Assembly (NCBI GenBank): GCA_021780615.1
Contig: JAJXYJ010000022.1
Coordinates: forward strand, 809 to 64,808
DNA: 64,000 bases
Direction: 5' to 3'
From: a bacterium
GTDB taxonomy: Bacteria > Patescibacteriota > Minisyncoccia > UBA6257 > JAGOQP01
The notes beneath the pieces are model-generated. The model was not told the DNA's origin. It ran no database searches and saw only the letters and a list, made by a program, of their open reading frames with translations. A program made the position numbers and the translations under genes. This document shows, in pieces, positions 39,133 to 48,284 of this stretch. Position 1 is the first letter of the stretch. Every line of letters starts with the position of its first letter.

Positions 39133-40461
39133 CTACAAGCCGACGAATTCATCCTGGGGAACTTTTGAGGCATCAGTTGGAAGAGTGACATAAAAGGTGG
39201 TACCTCGATTAAGCTCGGATTCCACACGCACTTCACCACCATGTCGTCTAATAATATTACGCACAATATATAATCCCAACCCCGTCCCATCAGCAACGGT
39301 CTTCACTGCATTATCTGCTCTGAAAAATTTTGTAAAAAGTTTATCAACTTGATGAGGAGGAATACCAATACCAGTATCCTTAATGGTGATTTCAACAAAT
39401 GGATCGGGGTCAAGGGCGCGAACCGCAATAGTAACGCTCCCGTGCTCAACATTGTATTTAATGGCATTATCCAAAAGATTGTAGAACACCATACTCATCT
39501 TTTGCGCATCAATATACACCGGCGGAAGCGGCGTGATGGGGCGATCAAAATAAAGAGTAATCGCATATTGTTTTGCCAATGTTTGAACCTGTATCAAAAG
39601 TTCATCAAGAAATGGCAGCAGGTCAGTCTGTTGTATATTATACCCAAATCTTCCCTCTTCTATTTTTGAAGCATCCAAAAGATTATTCACTGTCCCCAAC
39701 GCATTTTTTACTGCCGCAAATGCCGTGTCGACGAGATTCTTTTGATCAACTGTCAGTGATTCACTTTCAAGAGCTTCAAGTCCCCAGTTAATAGCCGTCA
39801 ATGGCGTACGCAACTGGTGCGCCGCCACTGCAATAAACTCAGTTTTCGATTTCAGCAGTTCCTGTTCACGCGTGGTATCGGTAATAATTTTGATAAATCC
39901 GACGATTGTATTTTTTTCATCATAGATACGATCAGTAATCACTCGTAAATCTTTTTTAACATCATCAAAAGAAATATCCACCACCTGAGGATATACCCCC
40001 GGTTCAGAACGAGTAATCACCACAGGCGCCAAGGAAGAAAAGACAACTTGCACTAACATTCGCAAGTGTTCATCAGATGCTTGTGATGCATCCAACGTCA
40101 TTCCTAAAACTTGCTGTGCGGGAACCTCAAAAATAGCCTCTGCCGCCGCGTTAAAAAGAATCACATGAAAATTAGCATCATATGCAACAATACCCGCGGG
40201 AACATGGTGGAGCACCCCTTCTTGCTGACGCACAGTCAATTGCAAACGAGCCTCATCGTGCATGAGACGAAACACAAATACGGTAATTAACGCAAAAAAT
40301 ACAGCAACTCCCAGAGCGGCAACATAGGAAATCGGAGCAGGGAGAAAGAAAAGACTTCCTCCAAAAAGGACTACGCCTAAAAGAATACACGCGGAAAAAA
40401 GCACTGGATATTGCCAAAGTGCCTGCGGAGAGGAGTTTGTCGATGGCGCCGATGATGCCAT
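39133..40461 (-). CDS. membrane PAS-domain sensor histidine kinase
   Basis: AAHQLRTPL H-box, NLLDNAIKYN, DTGIGI, GTGLGL. Confidence 0.93.
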   Translation of the reverse strand: MASSAPSTNSSPQALWQYPVLFSACILLGVVLFGGSLFFLPAPISYVAALGVAVFFALITVFVFRLMHDEARLQLTVRQQEGVLHHVPAGIVAYDANFHVILFNAAAEAIFEVPAQQVLGMTLDASQASDEHLRMLVQVVFSSLAPVVITRSEPGVYPQVVDISFDDVKKDLRVITDRIYDEKNTIVGFIKIITDTTREQELLKSKTEFIAVAAHQLRTPLTAINWGLEALESESLTVDQKNLVDTAFAAVKNALGTVNNLLDASKIEEGRFGYNIQQTDLLPFLDELLIQVQTLAKQYAITLYFDRPITPLPPVYIDAQKMSMVFYNLLDNAIKYNVEHGSVTIAVRALDPDPFVEITIKDTGIGIPPHQVDKLFTKFFRADNAVKTVADGTGLGLYIVRNIIRRHGGEVRVESELNRGTTFYVTLPTDASKVPQDEFVGL

Positions 40462-40510
40462 ATAAAAGCAGTATACGCAAAAAGAGCCTTAAACTCAACT
40501 ATAAAAATTC

Positions 40511-41755
40511 CTATAACGAAAATGCGTATAAGTGTTGCGTTCGATGATCAATGAAAAACAGTGTCCCTGCTGTTGCCGCCACGTGCGACACATCCAAAGA
40601 AAGTGCGGTGCCATCAAGAATGGGAACGGATGCATTGTCAGTAGTATCTATTTGATACAACTCATCACTGCTAAAAATAGCATTTTCCAAATAGCTATCG
40701 GGAAGTGTTGTATTTGATCCTTGGCTAAATGATGCGGGCACTCCACAAAAGAGGTGCAATCCATCAGAAGAAAACGCGCATTTTTGAGCAAGCGTCGAAA
40801 ACGGAATAGACGTCATAATATTTCCCGAAACACTGTTGGCAAAAAATCCAAGCATATGAGTGCTATCTTTTGAAATGAAGTATGCAAAAGTAGATCCATT
40901 GGGTGAAAAACGTATTGCCAGCCCTCTACCGGATACCAATGATTGAATTGTTTTTTGAGTAAGATTAATTGTCCACACTTGAGCATTATATAGAGAGGAC
41001 TGCTTAGGAAGCAGTGCGATGGTTGTCGAAGAAGGCCATGCAAGCAGAACATCGCTCAGATATAATGTTGTTACTAACGTCAAAGGTCTTTTACTTGTAG
41101 AAATATTTTGTATATACAATGATTCAGCGCCGGTTCCCGGATCAGTGAGAAATGCAAGAGAAGAACCATTTGGAGAAAATGCCGCACTCACCGCGCCATC
41201 AAGAGGAATCCACACGTTTTGCGTTACATCAAAAAGAGCAATAACTCCTGAATCAAAGGTTACTAATGCTTTTGTGCCAAGCGCATTACCCACCACCGAA
41301 AGAGGCCTCCCATACTGCGACGATGCAATTTTTTGCTCCTTACCTTGTCCCGTAAGTAGGACCACATCTCCCTGCACCGTTACATAAAAAACAGGGTTTG
41401 GAAATGATGGATCATATGGCAACGAAAGCGAGGTAAGTGCCGTGGATGAGGCAACCCAGTAACCCGCAACGAAAGCTGTTGAAAGTTGCGTGAGGCGACT
41501 CAATTGAGATTGGAGTCCTTCGTCACCCTCAACGCCATTTAATCCACCTCCACCACCTTGTACCCCACTTATTCCACCACCCTGGGACGATACTGATCCG
41601 AATCCATTTTGCCCCGAAGAAGATGCGACAGGGAGAGATCCTCCGGGAACAGGAAGAATAAATGATTTTGACTTTTGTAATCCAAAGTAAACACCAACAA
41701 TAATAGCAATAATAACAACAATAAAAATTATAGTGAGGAGTACTTTGCGAGACAT
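40511..41755 (-). CDS. membrane-anchored beta-propeller-like protein
   Basis: N-terminal TM; repeated FSPNG/FSSDG turns. Confidence 0.6.
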   Translation of the reverse strand: MSRKVLLTIIFIVVIIAIIVGVYFGLQKSKSFILPVPGGSLPVASSSGQNGFGSVSSQGGGISGVQGGGGGLNGVEGDEGLQSQLSRLTQLSTAFVAGYWVASSTALTSLSLPYDPSFPNPVFYVTVQGDVVLLTGQGKEQKIASSQYGRPLSVVGNALGTKALVTFDSGVIALFDVTQNVWIPLDGAVSAAFSPNGSSLAFLTDPGTGAESLYIQNISTSKRPLTLVTTLYLSDVLLAWPSSTTIALLPKQSSLYNAQVWTINLTQKTIQSLVSGRGLAIRFSPNGSTFAYFISKDSTHMLGFFANSVSGNIMTSIPFSTLAQKCAFSSDGLHLFCGVPASFSQGSNTTLPDSYLENAIFSSDELYQIDTTDNASVPILDGTALSLDVSHVAATAGTLFFIDHRTQHLYAFSL

Positions 41756-41763
41756 AATAAAGA

Positions 41764-42741
41764 TTAAAAGTTTATATGGAGATGACGATTTCCTGAAGCG
41801 CTATCGACAATATGCTGGCCAACGGTACTGCTCGTTGTATAACATGTTGTATGACCACATACAGAATTATCAGTGGTTGTAAACTCGTAATGCGGATCAG
41901 CACCGATGCTCTTAAAATAGTTAAAAATGTTTTGCCAACTCGCTAACGTACCAGCATTGGACGTAATATCAGCAGCCGAACCATTGTAATGATTTGATGT
42001 TGCCGCATGAGATCCTCCTGTTAAACTTGATACGGTAAAATTGTCAACGCCACCAGTCTTTCTTGCTTGTTCAGCAGTAGTTAATTTTTTTAAAAGATTG
42101 TAGGTTAGCGTAACCGTACCACTTGGCCCTCCTGCAGTACACGAACAATCAGGAGAACATACGTAAGGATATCGCCCCATAGAGACATCTTGCATAATAG
42201 CTCGGGGACTCGATTCTGCAACACATGTCGCAGAAGAACTCAATCCATCCCCCCCTTTAATGGCAAGATATTTTAATGCAAGTTGTGATTCTTGTGTATC
42301 AGTATTGGTAGTACTTGAGGGGGGAACTCCCGTTGTTCCCAGTCCCGTCGGCGTCGGTGTAACAATTTGAACCTGTGTTAACCCTGGATTTTTAAGAACC
42401 GTCAACGTCGGATTAATAGTATTTAAAATAAGAAATGCACCTCCCAAAAGCACAATCCCCCACACCGCACTCTTAATAATTTCTGTCGCATCCTTTTGAG
42501 CAGAGCTATTACCGCCAGTCACCACATACTTAACGCCCCCATACACAATCATAACCACCGCAAGCGTTCCAGCGATACCAAGCGCATACATATAAATATT
42601 ATTAACCAAACTTGCCGGATCAGTTGAGTTGGCAAACGAAGGAAGTCCTAAATCATAGGCATGTGCAACGAGAGGAGAAAAGAACGTTGTTATAAAAGAA
42701 AGGGTGTGGGAAAATAAATACATAGTTAAGTAATAATACAA
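41764..42741 (-). CDS. VirB2/TrbC-like pilin domain fused to a putative M15-type metallopeptidase domain
   Basis: LAVVMIVYGGVKY...A.EIIKSAVWGIVLL...ILNTINP pilin pattern; H-x6-D (HYNGSAAD) and C-terminal HLH. Confidence 0.65.
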   Translation of the reverse strand: MYYYLTMYLFSHTLSFITTFFSPLVAHAYDLGLPSFANSTDPASLVNNIYMYALGIAGTLAVVMIVYGGVKYVVTGGNSSAQKDATEIIKSAVWGIVLLGGAFLILNTINPTLTVLKNPGLTQVQIVTPTPTGLGTTGVPPSSTTNTDTQESQLALKYLAIKGGDGLSSSATCVAESSPRAIMQDVSMGRYPYVCSPDCSCTAGGPSGTVTLTYNLLKKLTTAEQARKTGGVDNFTVSSLTGGSHAATSNHYNGSAADITSNAGTLASWQNIFNYFKSIGADPHYEFTTTDNSVCGHTTCYTTSSTVGQHIVDSASGNRHLHINF

Positions 42742-42744
42742 TAA

Positions 42745-43455
42745 TTACTGCGTAAGGGAAAAAGAATAAGAAGCATTTCCTTGTTCAAAAGGATCTTGAT
42801 TGCTCGAGAGAGCCACTCCCACATTCACTGGTCCTGCGGCCCCCGAGGGAATGGATAGTGGTAACGCCAATGATGACACTTCCGTTGCGGGCACTTGATT
42901 GCCATTCACCGTCCATGTGGCAACAAGAAACTGATCAGCGGTATTAAAAAAGAAAGGAATCGCAGTAATGGTCGAGGTGGTGTTTGTTGGTAAAGATGAT
43001 GTAGGCAAAGAAAGAAAAACTAATGGGTTGGTAACGGGAATAGAAAACCAACACTCGGGAAAATAGGCGCTGTTGTCAGTCGGATCATAATATGAAAAAG
43101 CGACACTGCCGGTAATGTTGCTTCCCGAAAGATCATTATTGGCAATCGTAAGCTCCTGCATGCCTGTGCCCTTACGCACTAAGTCGCCATTGAGATACCA
43201 GCGCACCTCTTTATTTGAGAGATCTAATATTTTCCCCTTATCAGCCGGATTTTGACTCACTGCCTCAAGCGTAACCCGTACGGACGACTGACGAATGGGA
43301 ATAATTTTTCCCATAAACCATGTCGGTGCATGATTTTGAGATTTCCACGTAATAATACACTGCGGATCAGCGGCATGGGCAAAAGAAAAGCTACCCAATA
43401 CCCCTATCACACCTATTCCCATACACAATAATAATTTTTTATACATGGTACCCAT
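42745..43455 (-). CDS. secreted hypothetical protein (Ig-like)
   Basis: Signal peptide ending AHA; WYLNG and WTVNG strands. Confidence 0.6.
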   Translation of the reverse strand: MGTMYKKLLLCMGIGVIGVLGSFSFAHAADPQCIITWKSQNHAPTWFMGKIIPIRQSSVRVTLEAVSQNPADKGKILDLSNKEVRWYLNGDLVRKGTGMQELTIANNDLSGSNITGSVAFSYYDPTDNSAYFPECWFSIPVTNPLVFLSLPTSSLPTNTTSTITAIPFFFNTADQFLVATWTVNGNQVPATEVSSLALPLSIPSGAAGPVNVGVALSSNQDPFEQGNASYSFSLTQ

Positions 43456-43511
43456 CTCGTATTCTTATAAAGGGTAGTATATCAAAAAAGCAGTAAGAGA
43501 TAAAACACCCT

Positions 43512-43979
43512 TTAGGGTTTTTTATTCCCCATTTTTTCCAAAACCTCCCCTGCCACTCCAAACCATTGCTGAAACTTTTCAGGATGATTAACGGCAATAA
43601 CCGTCATAATCGCCGCGACCGTACTGATAGGAAGCACATCAAGTCCAGGAATTAACTCAACCGCCTGTGCAATTGCATTCTTTGAAATAACCTGATGTAC
43701 GCCTTTGAGCCATAGCCAAAGAACGGTCGCTGGACCAAATAAAAAGCGAGTAAACCAAAAGGGATCGGTTAAATCGCCAATGACTGCCATGGAAACATAA
43801 AGAAATATTTCAATGTGATCAAAATGTGGCCCAAGTGAATCGTTAACATCCGCCTCCCCATCAGTCAAAGTATCGTCCACATCTTCGTCGTCATCCGACG
43901 CAGCGGAAACATCCTCATGGTACCGAGGGACATATTCCTGACTATCTTGATTTTGCTGTTCTTGGATATCGTCAGGCAT
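43512..43979 (-). CDS. hypothetical membrane protein
   Basis: Acidic N-terminus; ELIPGLDVLP hydrophobic segment. Confidence 0.6.
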   Translation of the reverse strand: MPDDIQEQQNQDSQEYVPRYHEDVSAASDDDEDVDDTLTDGEADVNDSLGPHFDHIEIFLYVSMAVIGDLTDPFWFTRFLFGPATVLWLWLKGVHQVISKNAIAQAVELIPGLDVLPISTVAAIMTVIAVNHPEKFQQWFGVAGEVLEKMGNKKP

Positions 43980-44076
43980 AAAATTGAAAAATGAAGTATG
44001 GAATATGTATCAAGTATTAAGGAAAAATATTTTTTTCTTCCATACTACATATTCCATACCCCTTATCCCACATTAG

Positions 44077-45834
44077 TTACACCAACCCCTCCTCTTCTCC
44101 TAAAAGTTGCTGCGGCTTGGTGGTAATAATTTTATCCTCAAAATACGAAGCGACCACTTGCATGGCTACGTGCTTCAGACCGGCAAAAAAGAGTCCTTGC
44201 CCCACCCCTGCCTCGAGCAACAAATTCTTTTCCGCTTCAGTTAAATTAAATGTTTTTGCCACCGTATCGATAGTTGCGGGAGATTGTTTTAAAAGCAACT
44301 GCAACGATGAGTTGGTAATAATAGGCTTGCCGTAGGGGGAATTCATAAAATCATCAACTTCTTGCGTAATCGTTGAAAGTCCTAAGTAGTACTTGCGTCC
44401 GCGCTTTGCAAGACCATACAGAAACGCCGCACCCTCAGGATATTTCATCATCACCCAGGCTTCATCAATAACCAAAATGCGCCGCTTTAACTGTGACCGC
44501 ACCAGGTTCCAGATAAAATTCAAAATGACATACATCGCGATCGGACGCAGTTCATCCTCAAGATCGCGAATAGAAAATACGATAAGACGATTATTCACGT
44601 CAATGTTCGTTTTTTGATTCACAAATCCGGCATAACTTCCCTGAGTAAATTTATACAATCGCTCAGCCAAGGAACGCCCTCCTTCCATATTTCGCAACAC
44701 CGTCTCAAAATCAGACAAAAGAGGTGGTTCCATCTTTAAGAAATTAGGATTGTCCGGCGTAATATCATAGGACGCATATGTTTCGGTCAGCGCGCGATCA
44801 AGCAGCGACTCTTCTTCCACACTAATCTCTCCTAACATAATTTTAAGCAATCCGGTAAGAGTTAAAATGTGTGACTTAAAAACGTCGGCAGGATCTTCAC
44901 CCTTGGGAACCATAGGAATATCAAACGGGTTAATGTGCTGATCAGAGGTAAGGGATATTTTAAAATAGGTGCCACCCACCGTATCACTAAGATTTTTATA
45001 TTCATTTTCAGGATCGATAACCAATACGTCAGTACCGATCATAAGTGAGCGCAGTATTTCCAGCTTTGTCGCATACGATTTTCCACCACCTGATTTTGCA
45101 AAAACAACCTGATTCGCATTTTCCAATGAAAATCGATCAAAAATAACCAAAGAATTATTATGCAAATTAATGCCATAGAGAATGCCGCTCTCGCTGGTTA
45201 AATCCATTGATACAAAAGGGAAAAAAGAAGAAACCGGACCCGAATTGAGTGGTGTGTGTATACCGAGTTTATCCTGACCCAAGGGAAGCGTGGAAATAAA
45301 TCCATCGACTTGCTGAAAGAGTGCCGGTTTTACATAAATAAGCTTGCTCTCAAAGAGGTTAATAATCATTTCTTCAAGCTCATTGATCTTTTCAATGGAG
45401 TCTCCGTACACCGTAATGTACACCCCCACATCAAAGAGGCGCTCCTGAGCCTGTTGCAGATTGTCCCGCAGAGATTCAATGTCATTAAATGCTGTCTCTA
45501 ACATAGGATCGCGCACAAACCCTTTGTCTTGTCGATCAATAACCTCAGCTTCTACCTGTGCCGCCTTTTTACGCAGATTTCGCAACGCCAGCGCGGTATC
45601 AACGGGATGAATAAAAATGGATATGTCAAAAAGTTTTGACAAATTAATAATAGGAGAAAACCAGCTACTGGAAAGATAGCGTGGATATGAAAAGATAAAA
45701 AATGTTTTTGAATATTTATCTCCTATTTTGACGTAGTTTTGACCAACCTCAAGAGCGGCGGGAGCAATGATATTTTTAACCCCTCCTCCTTGCTCATCGA
45801 TTTGATTATTGGATGTGTGTGTAGTGTCTGACAT
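44077..45834 (-). CDS. virB4: VirB4-like type IV secretion ATPase
   Basis: Walker A AKSGGGKS, VIDPENEY, Walker B LVIDEAW, RGRKY, TITQ. Confidence 0.9.
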   Translation of the reverse strand: MSDTTHTSNNQIDEQGGGVKNIIAPAALEVGQNYVKIGDKYSKTFFIFSYPRYLSSSWFSPIINLSKLFDISIFIHPVDTALALRNLRKKAAQVEAEVIDRQDKGFVRDPMLETAFNDIESLRDNLQQAQERLFDVGVYITVYGDSIEKINELEEMIINLFESKLIYVKPALFQQVDGFISTLPLGQDKLGIHTPLNSGPVSSFFPFVSMDLTSESGILYGINLHNNSLVIFDRFSLENANQVVFAKSGGGKSYATKLEILRSLMIGTDVLVIDPENEYKNLSDTVGGTYFKISLTSDQHINPFDIPMVPKGEDPADVFKSHILTLTGLLKIMLGEISVEEESLLDRALTETYASYDITPDNPNFLKMEPPLLSDFETVLRNMEGGRSLAERLYKFTQGSYAGFVNQKTNIDVNNRLIVFSIRDLEDELRPIAMYVILNFIWNLVRSQLKRRILVIDEAWVMMKYPEGAAFLYGLAKRGRKYYLGLSTITQEVDDFMNSPYGKPIITNSSLQLLLKQSPATIDTVAKTFNLTEAEKNLLLEAGVGQGLFFAGLKHVAMQVVASYFEDKIITTKPQQLLGEEEGLV

Positions 45835-45855
45835 ACGTGTTATATACCTATCATG

Positions 45856-46545
45856 TTATGACTGTGTGCTCGGCGAAGTGCCGACTGCCGAAACAGATTC
45901 TTGTGAGGGAAGCTTTTTTTCTATCGCCTCGGGATTATACAAATTATAATACAGCTCAAGAAGCTCCTCATCGTTTAACGAAACCGCTCGCAAGCCAATC
46001 CGTTCAAGACCATTCAACACTTCATCAACGCGCTGTTGTAACTGAGCATATTTTTCTTCGTCCGATTCTTCTTGCTGATGTTTATTTTTTTTACCCGCCA
46101 AAAACGGCAGAAAACGGGCGGCACCTTTTTGTAACTCTCGAATGCCCCCACCATCATAAGGAATGACGGCAAAAAACGTTTTGGTCATAATTTCATTCTG
46201 TTTCACAAACCCACGAATAAATTCAATATATTCCGCTGTTTGATTTTTAAGAAGTTCGTTTGTTTCAGCATCACGAACCCCTTCCATTTTATGAAGGTAT
46301 CCACTGATATTTAATTTACGGGAATGAATAACGATTTGAATGGAAAAATCGAGTGCATTTAAAAAATTCTGATAGGCGCTGGTAATACCATCTTGTTCTT
46401 CTTCTGATTTGAGCTCAAAATTAACACCAGCCACCATCACTACCGCCCGCAACCCACCCGTTTTCAAACGAATAACGCCATTTTTTATCTCTTCCACATC
46501 AATGAATTGCTGCGTTGCATTTTGAGGAAATGTTGCTTGTGGCAT
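45856..46545 (-). CDS. VirB4-associated protein (resembles the N-terminal part of conjugal ATPases)
   Basis: NFELKSEEEQ...FLNALDFSIQIVIHSR; lies between the prgI-like gene and virB4. Confidence 0.65.
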   Translation of the reverse strand: MPQATFPQNATQQFIDVEEIKNGVIRLKTGGLRAVVMVAGVNFELKSEEEQDGITSAYQNFLNALDFSIQIVIHSRKLNISGYLHKMEGVRDAETNELLKNQTAEYIEFIRGFVKQNEIMTKTFFAVIPYDGGGIRELQKGAARFLPFLAGKKNKHQQEESDEEKYAQLQQRVDEVLNGLERIGLRAVSLNDEELLELYYNLYNPEAIEKKLPSQESVSAVGTSPSTQS

Positions 46546-46647
46546 AAAAATAAGTACGTACTCAAAAAATAATTATCTTAAAAATCGATACGGCTATCTA
46601 TACACGTAGTATACCATAAAATACAACGAAACTCAGCGAAAGCCGGC

Positions 46648-47172
46648 TCACCGATAATCAATACGCCGCGCAACTTCACGCTCGCCCGTGATACGTCGCA
46701 ATACCTGATATTGCTCTTGGATTTCTTTGATCGATTTTCGAGGAGGTGTTTTTTCTCGTTTAGGTATGGGATTTTTTGTGGTTGTTAAATCTTGAAATAA
46801 TTTTCCAACTTTGGAAAAATCGGGAACGATATCTTTTAAATTTTGTCGAGTATGTTCAACCGAAGGAATGGCTATTGCTTCATGAAGCACAAGAGGACGA
46901 CGCCACAAAAATAATTTTGGTTCCCAAAAAAACTTGAGGCCATACAGGGCAACCATATAGAGCGGCCTCCCGCCAATTTTAATAAACGCAAACGTTGCAC
47001 CAACTGAAAGTAATACGATTGCCACCAAAATCCACACAACAATGTTGAGTACAAAAAACAAAAAGAAGCAAATGAGCGCTGGTAATGCAATGAACGCAAA
47101 CTGCTTCAACGTCAGCGGGCCGACGATTTTACTCTCAAAATCAATAAATTGTGGAACGGTAAACTGAGCCAT
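46648..47172 (-). CDS. PrgI family protein
   Basis: QFTVPQFIDFESKIVGPLTLKQF followed by two TMs. Confidence 0.85.
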   Translation of the reverse strand: MAQFTVPQFIDFESKIVGPLTLKQFAFIALPALICFFLFFVLNIVVWILVAIVLLSVGATFAFIKIGGRPLYMVALYGLKFFWEPKLFLWRRPLVLHEAIAIPSVEHTRQNLKDIVPDFSKVGKLFQDLTTTKNPIPKREKTPPRKSIKEIQEQYQVLRRITGEREVARRIDYR

Positions 47173-47232
47173 AGGTAATGATAGTAAGTATCAAGGATTA
47201 AAAGCTATATATCAATAGCCTCAGACAACCCA

Positions 47233-48240
47233 CTATGAAAGCGGCGTCTTAAATCCCGTATAATTTACCACCTTCGCTTTTTCTTGAATTTGAGGATTAG
47301 GTGCCCCATATTTTTTCACCGTAACAGGAATCTGCTGCGAGGGGGCCACTGGTGATGAAGGGGATTGCGGAGAGGCAGGGGGTTCTTGGCGGAGTATCGA
47401 CGATGACGCATCCCGCTCAGGAAACGGTTGTAAAGGAATTTCAACGCGTGCTCGCGATGCTGGCGCCTGCCGTTGTTGAGAAAAGGCTGTTTTAAAGGAT
47501 CCCATAAAACTGCCATACGACATTGGACGATATGTTTGCTGTGGTGTTTGGCGAACAATGGGCTTTGCCTCACCTTCCGTATGAAGAATAAAAGGCATTT
47601 CTCCTTGAGGTGTTGGAGAAGGAGTGGGTATAGGCTCGGAGGCAACGGGAGGCAAAGGAACAGTGTTTATTGAAATACTTTCTGTGGGCATGGGCGCGGG
47701 AGGGGGCAAAGGAACATCTTGGCGCAACACTAACGGTGCCGCTTCCATGGTGGATATAGTTTCTGGAGAAACAACGGTATCATTCGATGCGGGTATCGGC
47801 TGTTGCTCTTCTTCTTTTTTAAGATTAAGAGATTCGTCAATATGAACAAGCGGATCAGTAATAACCAATTTTTCTTCCAACTGTACATCATCAAATTCAG
47901 GATGAGGAACCTCTTGCATGGCACGACGAAATGATTCTATATCAGCCCGTACTGGCGCAAAAACATCACGATCAACTTGCTGATAAATATCTAACGCTGT
48001 TTTTGCATCAACGCCAATATCGCTCTGGAGAGAATCAAAAAATTCTTTACTTTGAACAAAACCAAGGAGCACAAACATACAAAGCCGCTGTAACGTTCGA
48101 TGCTGTTGCTTGGTCAACACATTATTTTCTCGAAAAGAGTACAGCACATCATCTGTTACAGGAGAAAAAAGCGCCTCTCGAATTGTATCGGGTGCCCTTT
48201 CCCATCGTTCATTTATGTCATGTTGAGGATATGTGTGCAT
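47233..48240 (-). CDS. hypothetical protein with Pro-rich C-terminus
   Basis: Long co-oriented ORF inside the T4SS-like cluster. Confidence 0.65.
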   Translation of the reverse strand: MHTYPQHDINERWERAPDTIREALFSPVTDDVLYSFRENNVLTKQQHRTLQRLCMFVLLGFVQSKEFFDSLQSDIGVDAKTALDIYQQVDRDVFAPVRADIESFRRAMQEVPHPEFDDVQLEEKLVITDPLVHIDESLNLKKEEEQQPIPASNDTVVSPETISTMEAAPLVLRQDVPLPPPAPMPTESISINTVPLPPVASEPIPTPSPTPQGEMPFILHTEGEAKPIVRQTPQQTYRPMSYGSFMGSFKTAFSQQRQAPASRARVEIPLQPFPERDASSSILRQEPPASPQSPSSPVAPSQQIPVTVKKYGAPNPQIQEKAKVVNYTGFKTPLS

Positions 48241-48284
48241 GTGTTATGTATAAAATGAGCCACTCTATTTTAAGGAGTTGAAGA

